NCBI GenBank assembly: GCA_039589315.1
Contig: JBDHHQ010000094.1
Span: 1-15,606, forward strand
Length of the DNA: 15,606 nt
From: Gemmatimonadota bacterium
GTDB taxonomy: Bacteria > Gemmatimonadota > Gemmatimonadetes > Longimicrobiales > Gaopeijiaceae
Reading direction: 5' to 3'
Position 1 is the stretch's first letter, and every line of letters starts with the position of its first letter. The notes beneath the pieces were generated by a model, which searched no databases, was not told the origin of the DNA, and saw only the letters and a program-made list of their open reading frames with translations. This document shows positions 1 to 6,026 of the stretch, in pieces. Both the position numbers and the translations under genes were made by a program.

Positions 1-2
1 CC

Positions 3-648
3 GAGGACCTCTACGGCCGCCTGGAGTTCTTCGGAGGCAGCCAACTCGGGACCGAGTGGTTCTGGACCACTCAGCTGTCGGTGGAGGGCCGTCTTCAGCG
101 GATCGAGGAGGGCGAAAACCAGGATCGCTGGAGCGACGTGATCACCGAGCTGCAGGGCGTCCTGTTCTGGCAACCCGCGTACCGGTCGGAGGACCCGGGC
201 CGTCACACGGTCCTGGCTCGGGCCTCGTGGGACGACGGTCAGACGACTCGGAGGCCCTTTCAGCTCACGCTGGGAGGGCGGGACGGGGTCAGGGGCTATT
301 CGCGGGACGCCTTCCCGGGGGCCCGCCCAGCTCTTCGATCTCGGGGCTGCGGTGTTCTTCGACGCCGGCCGCATGTGGGCTCGAGACGTGCCGTTCGGCG
401 TGGACTCCGGCTGGAAGGCGTCGGTGGGCTTCGGGCTGCGACTCGCCTCCCCAGCGGGCTCGGATCGCACCACTCGAATCGAATTCACGCTTCCCTTCGA
501 TCGATCCGTCGAGGCCGATCCAACCTACTTCCGGTTCTATGTGGATCTCGGGGGCGTACTCCGGAGCCTGAAGAACGAGCAAGTGGACCGGAGTCGCTTC
601 TCGGGCGTCAGCTCGGACATGGTGAATCGGCCCCGCCGAGGGTCTTGA
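3..648 (+). pseudogene. 3' part of an Omp85/BamA-TamA-like outer-membrane beta-barrel protein, 5'-truncated by the window edge and frameshifted at ~320-330 (true pseudogene or assembly error)
   Basis: Frame +3 is open from base 3 with amphipathic beta-strand-like sequence and the Omp85 loop-6 motif LGGRDG-VRGY (VRGY at 288-299), ending sensibly at FPGAR (326). Frame +1 from ~328 continues QLFDLGAAVFFDAGRMW...SVGFGLR...RIEFTLP, typical final Omp85 strands, to TGA at 646-648. Confidence 0.75.
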
Positions 649-710
649 TCTCGTGGCGCGGTCGAACCTCGGCGCGGGGTCACCGGCACCACGGTAGCAC
701 GCCTCGAGAG

Positions 711-746
711 ACGGGGCGGTGCCCTCCGTGGAGAGCGCCCGCCCGT
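711..746. terminator. Imperfect GC-rich hairpin between convergent genes, possible terminator
   Basis: ACGGGGCGGTGCCCTCC-GT-GGAGAGCGCCCGCCCGT is an imperfect inverted repeat lying between the stop codons at 648 (+) and 789 (-). It has no U-tract. Confidence 0.35.
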
Positions 747-788
747 GCCTCGATCCCGCTGATTCTCGCTCCAGCAGCCGTCCCGCCC

Positions 789-2006
789 CTAGGGGTCGTT
801 CCCCGTCCCCCCGTGTTCGCCGTCTGTTTCATGGGACTCGTGCATGTCATCGCCGGCATCGTCCATGTCCATGCCGGGGTCCCCATCCATGGGGTGGTCC
901 CCATGCATGTCGTGCCCCTCGCCCCCCATCTCCATTGCGCCGTGCTCCCCGACGACACCGCCGCCTGCTGCGATCAGGTCGTAATCGCCCCGGACCTGGC
1001 GCATGTAGTGCTTTCGGTCCAGTAGATAGAGAGGGTCGGAGGTATCGACCAGGGGCCAAGCGACGCCGCCGGAGGGAAGGAATACGCCAGCCACAACACC
1101 CATGCCGCCGGCGGTGATGGTCTCGGAGCTGGGGTTCTCGTAGTCCACCGTGACCCGGTACACGTGATCCGGTTCGATCACGACGCCGAGGCGCTTGTAC
1201 AGCTTGCCGATCGTCACGCCCTCGACGGTCCCGCCGTCCTCACCGATCAGGGGCAACCCCTCCCAGAGCATCTTGTCGGCCGTCACGTCCTCCAGCCGGA
1301 TGCTGGTAGCCAGCTCGTGGAGATGAGACCCGATCGCCATGATCCGCCCAGCCATGCGCGGGCTTCCCTCCCAGGAGTACGACGACGGGCCCGGTGGCAG
1401 GTCGACGCTCTTGTCCCCGGCCGGGAACGCCACGTCCAGCTGGAACGGGTAGACCTTCAGGAAGGGGAGCACGCCTCCCGCGTCCACGTAGTCGAGGCGC
1501 ACGCGAACCTCCACGTCCTCGTGGCGCTCGCCGGTGGGGTTGTGCAGCATCGGCGACACGACGAGCTCTCCTCCCGCCTCCACCGGAACGCCGAGCAGCC
1601 ACCCGGGCAGAGACTGGGATCCCGTTTCCTTGCCCATGGCCAGGAGCCGCTGGCTGATGGGAAGGAAGAGCTCGCTCCGCTCGGGCGTGATGAAGTTGAG
1701 GTGGTGGACGATGGCCGTCGAGATCCTCTCCCCCTCGCCGTTCACGACTTCGTATGAGAAGCCCCTCAGGTAGGCGTCGCGGGGGAATTCCACGCTCAGG
1801 ATCGGGGGGAAGACCCCCATCTCCTCGTGGCTCGCCCCGTGCTCGTTGTGCGACATCACCTCGAGGTCCACAGGACCCATGGTGATCACGAAGGAGCCTG
1901 CCTCAGCCTGGTCGACCAGGTCCACCCGATAGTCGGCATACGCCTGGGCTGTCAGCGGCGCAGCCGTCGCGCTGAGAACCGCAGCCACGGCAACTACCTG
2001 TTTCAT
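789..2006 (-). CDS. Secreted copper type II monooxygenase-like protein (PHM/DBH-like) with His/Met-rich C-terminal tail, 405 aa
   Basis: Sec-type signal peptide (MKQVVAVAAVLSATAAPLTA-QA) and SD GAGGTG just upstream of ATG. Motifs VHHL (H101,H102), MLHN (H155), SHLH (H228,H230) and GGMG (M302) match the order and spacing of the PHM CuH/CuM ligands. The CDS is certain; the function is inferred. Confidence 0.7.
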   Translation of the reverse strand: MKQVVAVAAVLSATAAPLTAQAYADYRVDLVDQAEAGSFVITMGPVDLEVMSHNEHGASHEEMGVFPPILSVEFPRDAYLRGFSYEVVNGEGERISTAIVHHLNFITPERSELFLPISQRLLAMGKETGSQSLPGWLLGVPVEAGGELVVSPMLHNPTGERHEDVEVRVRLDYVDAGGVLPFLKVYPFQLDVAFPAGDKSVDLPPGPSSYSWEGSPRMAGRIMAIGSHLHELATSIRLEDVTADKMLWEGLPLIGEDGGTVEGVTIGKLYKRLGVVIEPDHVYRVTVDYENPSSETITAGGMGVVAGVFLPSGGVAWPLVDTSDPLYLLDRKHYMRQVRGDYDLIAAGGGVVGEHGAMEMGGEGHDMHGDHPMDGDPGMDMDDAGDDMHESHETDGEHGGTGNDP

Positions 2007-2086
2007 CGAACACCTCGCTCAGTGATCGGGCCGATCGCGGGCGGCCTCGCATGCTCGTCGGACGCGGGGCGATCCCGGCCCGGCCT

Positions 2087-3286
2087 TCATACCCCCGGGG
2101 TTTCGGGGACCTCGCTCGCGGCCGTCTCCGAAGATCCGGCGATGTCTTCGAGGAGACACACAAGATGGAACGGGTGTCCGGATGGGTCCAGCACCGACGT
2201 GAGGCAGACCCGGACCCGAAGCAGCGCTCCGTCGATCCGGCGCAGGCGGCGATCGGCCGCGACCCTGCCTGCCCCCTGCTGCCTCAACGACGAAACGTCG
2301 GCCGTCACACCCTGTCGGTCCTGATCGGCGAAGAGCACGGTCACGTTCCTGCCTTCCAGATCTTCGCTGGGGCAGCCGAAGACGTCTCCGGCGGCTCTGT
2401 TCGCCTCGAGGACCGTTCCGTCGAGATCCATGATCAGGATCCCGACGCTCGACCCGGCGGCCACCGCCCGGTAGTGCGCTTCGCTGTCCACGACCCGGCG
2501 GACGCGGGCCAGCTCGGTGGCATCCTCGATCGCCCCTTCGATGTACTCGACCTCACCGGTCGGTCCGCGGTGGAGACGGGCACTGTTGCGGACGTGGATG
2601 ATCGACCCGTCTCCCTTCCGCAGACTGGTCTCGAATCCAACCACGACGCCCTCGCTCTCGAGGCGCTCCCGAAAGCGGGCCTGGTCCCCCTCCGTCACGT
2701 AGAGCTGGGGGCTGTAGACCTTGCGCAGGGTCTCGCGGTCGGGGGAACCGAGGATACGGATCAGCGCCGGATTGGCGTCCAGGAACTCGCCGTCCGGGGT
2801 GATGCGGTACAGTCCCAGAGGCAGCCTTTCGAAGAGCGTCCGGACCCGTTCTTCGCTGGCGCGCAGCGCCTCAGCGCTCCTGCGGCGCTCCAGGGCGTAA
2901 CGAATCGAGCGCTCCATCAACGCTGGCTCGATCGAGCCCTTGACCAAATAGTCGGCGGCACCGGCCTTCATGGCCTCGAGGTCAACCTCGCGGCTCCCCT
3001 TGCCTGTGAGCATGATGATGGGCGTCCGAATGCCGCGCTCCGCGGCCCGCTTGAGCAGCTCCAGGCCGTCGCCGTCGGGGAGCACGTAGTCCACGAGGCA
3101 CACGTCGTAGTCGCCGTCCAGGGCCCTGAGGGCCTCCCGGTAGGTGGCCGCGCGGTCCACGACCACCCGGGGTCTGTCCAACTTCTCGAGAATCGCCCGT
3201 GCGACCAGGTAGTCCGTCTCTTCATCCTCGACGAGGAGGAGGTGCACCGGAGTCGAGGGCAGGGCGTGGTCGGGTTCAGGGCTCAA
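2087..3286 (-). CDS. Response regulator receiver domain plus two PAS domains, no output domain, 399 aa
   Basis: REC motifs LLLVEDE, VCLVDY (phospho-Asp), IIMLTG and DYLVK, then two PAS/PAC repeats (ANPA...[13 protein letters not shown]...LLEDIA). The start is re-assigned to TTG at 3286, overlapping the upstream TGA (TTGA) with GGAG upstream. The extra 133 aa in the ORF track are an off-frame reading of the neighbouring gene. Confidence 0.85.
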   Translation of the reverse strand: MSPEPDHALPSTPVHLLLVEDEETDYLVARAILEKLDRPRVVVDRAATYREALRALDGDYDVCLVDYVLPDGDGLELLKRAAERGIRTPIIMLTGKGSREVDLEAMKAGAADYLVKGSIEPALMERSIRYALERRRSAEALRASEERVRTLFERLPLGLYRITPDGEFLDANPALIRILGSPDRETLRKVYSPQLYVTEGDQARFRERLESEGVVVGFETSLRKGDGSIIHVRNSARLHRGPTGEVEYIEGAIEDATELARVRRVVDSEAHYRAVAAGSSVGILIMDLDGTVLEANRAAGDVFGCPSEDLEGRNVTVLFADQDRQGVTADVSSLRQQGAGRVAADRRLRRIDGALLRVRVCLTSVLDPSGHPFHLVCLLEDIAGSSETAASEVPETPGV

Positions 3287-3657
3287 GCGTCTTCTCCCGG
3301 GTCGGGCTTGTCTCTGAGTCGCTTCTTCTGCGATCGGATGCGCTTTTCCTCCAGCCGGCGCCGCCGCTCCCGCTCCGGCACCTGGGTGGGAGTGCGCTCC
3401 GGCTTCGGCTTGTTCAGGGCCTCCAGGCGCTCCCGCAACCGCGCCAGGGCGATCGCCCGGTTCCGATGCTGGCTGCGCTCGCGGCGGGCCGTGACGACGA
3501 TGCCCGTGGGCAGATGCGTCAGCCGCACGCCGCTGTCGGTTGTGTTCTGGTGCTGGCCGCCCTTCCCGCCGGAGCGGAAGGTGTCCACGCGACACTGAGC
3601 CAGCAGGTCCTCGTCCGAGGCGGGTATGTGGACGGGACCAGTCGAACTGTCGACCAT
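3283..3657 (-). CDS. Minimal peptidyl-tRNA hydrolase / peptide chain release factor-like protein (RF-1 GGQ domain with basic C-tail; ArfB/C12orf65-like), 124 aa
   Basis: [12 protein letters not shown] (GGQ motif), [19 protein letters not shown] and an Arg/Lys-rich tail [18 protein letters not shown]. No codon-recognition domains. ATG at 3657 is preferred over GTG at 3702. Confidence 0.88.
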   Translation of the reverse strand: MVDSSTGPVHIPASDEDLLAQCRVDTFRSGGKGGQHQNTTDSGVRLTHLPTGIVVTARRERSQHRNRAIALARLRERLEALNKPKPERTPTQVPERERRRRLEEKRIRSQKKRLRDKPDPGEDA

Positions 3658-3669
3658 AGAGGGAAGGTA
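3658..3669 (-). promoter_or_regulatory. Putative -10 box for leaderless transcription of the release-factor-like gene
   Basis: Minus strand reads TACCTT-ccctct-ATG, a TANNNT hexamer 6 nt before the start codon, with no SD in the pyrimidine-rich upstream sequence. Confidence 0.45.
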
Positions 3670-3811
3670 GAGGGATCGGGGCCAAGGAGAAACGGATGGC
3701 ACGCCCGTGCGCGGAACGTCGCGCTGTCCGTGGGGCTATGGCATGTTGGGTAGGGCCGTACCCCGCCGCCGCTCTGGGCCCGATGGGTGCACTCCGCGAA
3801 CATCGTTTGCC

Positions 3812-4987
3812 GTGATCTTCGACCGAACGGAACAGAATCCGGGAGCCCGACTCCTGTTCATCGCCGCGTGCCTCGTAGTGGTGGTGTACGGGCTACGGCT
3901 GGCGCGGCCGATTCTACTGCCGTTCTTCCTGGCCCTCTTCCTCTCGGTTCTCAGCCTCCCGATCCTGCTCTGGCTACGGAAGCGGATGCCTGCCCCGCTG
4001 GCGGTCTTCTTCACGATGCTGCTCAACGTGGCCGGCCTGGTCCTGATGCTCTTCGTGGGCACGCAGTCCATCGGGCAGCTCCAGGACCGTCTGCCCGTCT
4101 ACCTGAGGCGCTTTCAGGTCGTCCGGGACTCCTGGATCCAGTGGCTGGAAGGGCGGGGGATTCCGGGACGCGAGTACCTGAGCCTGGACCTCATCGATCC
4201 GGCTGCGTTGCTGGACTTCGCCGCCGGGTCCGTCACGCGGCTCGCGACGTTGGTCTCGGCGCTGGTGCTGGTCCTGCTGGTCATGTACTTCATGCTCAGT
4301 GAGGCCACCGTCTTCCCGCAGAAGTTCCGCGCGATCTTCCGGCAGCCGACGCTGGGAACGGGCCGGGCCGGCAAGTTCGTGCAAGAGGTGCAGGTCTACC
4401 TTCGCATCAAGACGCTGGTGAGCCTGGCAACCGGGGTGCTCCTGGGGCTCTGGTGCTGGTTCATGGACGTGGACTTCCCGCTGCTGCTGGGCCTGCTCGC
4501 GTTCATCCTCAACTACGTCCCCACGATCGGCTCTGCGATCGCGTCAATTCCGGCCATCTTCCTGGCGCTGATCCAGGTGAGCCCCGGGCAAGCGATCCTC
4601 GTGGCCGTTGGCTACCTGAGCGTGAACCTCGTCTTCGGGAACATCGTCGAGCCCAACCTCATGGGGCGGCGGCTGGGCCTCTCGACACTGGTCGTGCTCC
4701 TGTCACTGCTCTTCTGGGGATGGCTATGGGGGCCGTTGGGCGCCCTTCTATCGGTGCCCCTGACCATGGTAGTGCGGATCTGGCTCGAGAACACCGAGGA
4801 TCTCCGTTGGATGGCGGTGATCATCAGCAAGAACGCGCCCGAGACCGCCGTCATCCCGCCGCTGGAAATGCCGCCACCCATCACACGGTCGAGGCCCGCC
4901 AGCAGGCCCTCGACCGAAGCCGAACCCGGACCCGATCAGGAAGGGTCGCGAAGAGAGGAAGAGGCGCATGCCCCGCATCCCCTTTGA
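3812..4987 (+). CDS. AI-2E (PerM/TqsA/YhhT) family transporter
   Basis: Multiple hydrophobic TM segments and family-typical motifs LNYVPTIGS, GNIVEPNLMGRRLGLS and FWGWLWGPLGALLSVPLT. The start is uncertain: GTG at 3812 was chosen, though the ORF is open from 3707. Confidence 0.88.
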   Translation: MIFDRTEQNPGARLLFIAACLVVVVYGLRLARPILLPFFLALFLSVLSLPILLWLRKRMPAPLAVFFTMLLNVAGLVLMLFVGTQSIGQLQDRLPVYLRRFQVVRDSWIQWLEGRGIPGREYLSLDLIDPAALLDFAAGSVTRLATLVSALVLVLLVMYFMLSEATVFPQKFRAIFRQPTLGTGRAGKFVQEVQVYLRIKTLVSLATGVLLGLWCWFMDVDFPLLLGLLAFILNYVPTIGSAIASIPAIFLALIQVSPGQAILVAVGYLSVNLVFGNIVEPNLMGRRLGLSTLVVLLSLLFWGWLWGPLGALLSVPLTMVVRIWLENTEDLRWMAVIISKNAPETAVIPPLEMPPPITRSRPASRPSTEAEPGPDQEGSRREEEAHAPHPL

Positions 4988-5477
4988 CCGGATCCCCGAC
5001 TCCGGGCGTGTTTGGATCTTCGGCAGCGACCGCCGCCTCGCGGAGGACGAGGAACACCGCTTTCTCGCTGCCGTCGACGCGTTTCTCGATCGGTGGGCCG
5101 CTCACGGCACGCCGCTGACCGTAGGACGCGACTGGCGCTACGGACGGTTCATCCTGGTCGGGCTCGACGAGTCGTCGGTGCCACCCTCGGGCTGCTCCAT
5201 CGACGCCATGGTCAACACGCTGAAAGACCTGGAGGCGGAGTTGGGGGCCACGTTCGTCGACAACACGCCGGTCTGGTATCGGCGCGACGACGACATCGGC
5301 CGCGTGTCCCGGAGCGAGTTCAAGGACCTCGTCCGGTCCGGTTCGGTGCGCCTGGAGAGCGTGGTCTTCGACAACACGGTGACCCGTGTGGGCCAGGTCC
5401 GGTCGGGAGAGTGGGAGCGTCCAGCGGGCGAGGCCTGGCATGGGCGGGCCTTCTTCCGGGACCGGGCGCCAGCCTGA
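4968..5477 (+). CDS. Conserved hypothetical protein with WAAHG and SGCSID motifs, 169 aa
   Basis: Purine-rich SD region (GAGGAAGAGG) before ATG and a 20-nt overlap with the transporter gene. It resembles a family I recall from Bacteroidota (RVWI, WxAHG, SGCSID) that is often labelled 'ABC transporter ATPase', but there is no Walker A motif here. Confidence 0.8.
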   Translation: MPRIPFDRIPDSGRVWIFGSDRRLAEDEEHRFLAAVDAFLDRWAAHGTPLTVGRDWRYGRFILVGLDESSVPPSGCSIDAMVNTLKDLEAELGATFVDNTPVWYRRDDDIGRVSRSEFKDLVRSGSVRLESVVFDNTVTRVGQVRSGEWERPAGEAWHGRAFFRDRAPA

Positions 5478-5495
5478 GGCGCGGCCAGTCACCCG

Positions 5496-5535
5496 AAAAA
5501 AAGAAAGCGCCCCGGTGGACCTCCACCGGGGCGCT
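5496..5535 (-). terminator. Rho-independent terminator of the cold-shock gene, possibly bidirectional
   Basis: Perfect 13-bp stem AGCGCCCCGGTGG / CCACCGGGGCGCT with a 4-nt loop, followed on the minus strand by TTCTTTTTTT. It sits between convergent stops at 5477 and 5578. Confidence 0.9.
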
Positions 5536-5577
5536 CTTCCTTCGGCCGTTGTCGCGGCTATCTGATTCCGCGGGACT

Positions 5578-5784
5578 TCAGACGACGCGGGTCACGTTCT
5601 CCGCGGCCGGACCCTTGGGGCCCTGTACCATCTCGAACTCGACCGCGTCACCTTCGGCCAGGGTCTTGAACCCGTCTCCCTGGATCGCGGAGTAGTGGAC
5701 AAAGCAGTCCCGTTCTCCCTCCTCAGGGGAAATAAAGCCGAATCCCTTAGCGTCATTGAACCACTTCACGGTTCCCCTGGCCAT
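5578..5784 (-). CDS. cspA: Cold-shock protein (CspA family), 68 aa
   Basis: GTVKWFN, RNP1 KGFGFI, RNP2-like CFVHYSAI and [11 protein letters not shown]. Purine-rich SD GGGAGAAGGGA upstream. The gene symbol is family-level. Confidence 0.97.
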   Translation of the reverse strand: MARGTVKWFNDAKGFGFISPEEGERDCFVHYSAIQGDGFKTLAEGDAVEFEMVQGPKGPAAENVTRVV

Positions 5785-5919
5785 CTGTCCCTTCTCCCTC
5801 TATGCGATGTCGTCCTGGGCCCCGCTGAGACGGGGTCCCTCTCCTGGCTCGATCCGGAAGCCAGCCGCTAGGCGCGGCAGGCGACGGCGTGCCCGCATTC
5901 CCGGATTCGATCCGCGCCC

Positions 5920-5949
5920 ACTTTATGTCGAAAGGGATTCGATCGTCAA
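5920..5949 (-). promoter_or_regulatory. Sigma70-type promoter of the cold-shock gene
   Basis: Minus strand TTGACG (5949-5944), an 18-nt spacer, then TAAAGT (5925-5920). This predicts a 5' UTR of about 130 nt, as is typical of csp genes. Confidence 0.7.
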
Positions 5950-6026
5950 GCCTTTCCTTCACTTGGAGCGTTTCCCTCACCTGGAGGGTTGGCACGTCTC
6001 CCCGGGGCAGGCCGGGGCACCAGCTC

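Noticed and set aside
813..944. Short repeated CATG/CCAT words resembling a DNA repeat or CRISPR-like array
   Set aside because: They are explained by Met/His/Asp codons of the protein tail. There is no constant repeat-spacer periodicity and no cas gene.
327..1025. Continuation of the frame +3 ORF (81-1025) as a real 314-aa protein
   Set aside because: After 326 it is out-of-frame read-through caused by the frameshift and runs antisense into the copper-protein gene.
2051..3598. Long antisense or alternative-frame ORFs (also 5977-7572, 6603-7853, 7450-9135, 11266-12513, 12886-14409, 14222-15475)
   Set aside because: These are shadow ORFs of well-supported genes. High GC at third codon positions suppresses stops in other frames, and they show no recognisable motifs.
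3287..3685. 133-aa N-terminal extension of the REC-PAS-PAS ORF
   Set aside because: It overlaps the GGQ gene in another frame and has no domain-like character. TTG at 3286 with an SD and TTGA coupling explains the gene better.
5753..5995. 80-aa ORF upstream of csp as a leader peptide
   Set aside because: It spans the predicted csp promoter itself, has no SD or recognisable motif, and is better explained as promoter plus 5' UTR.
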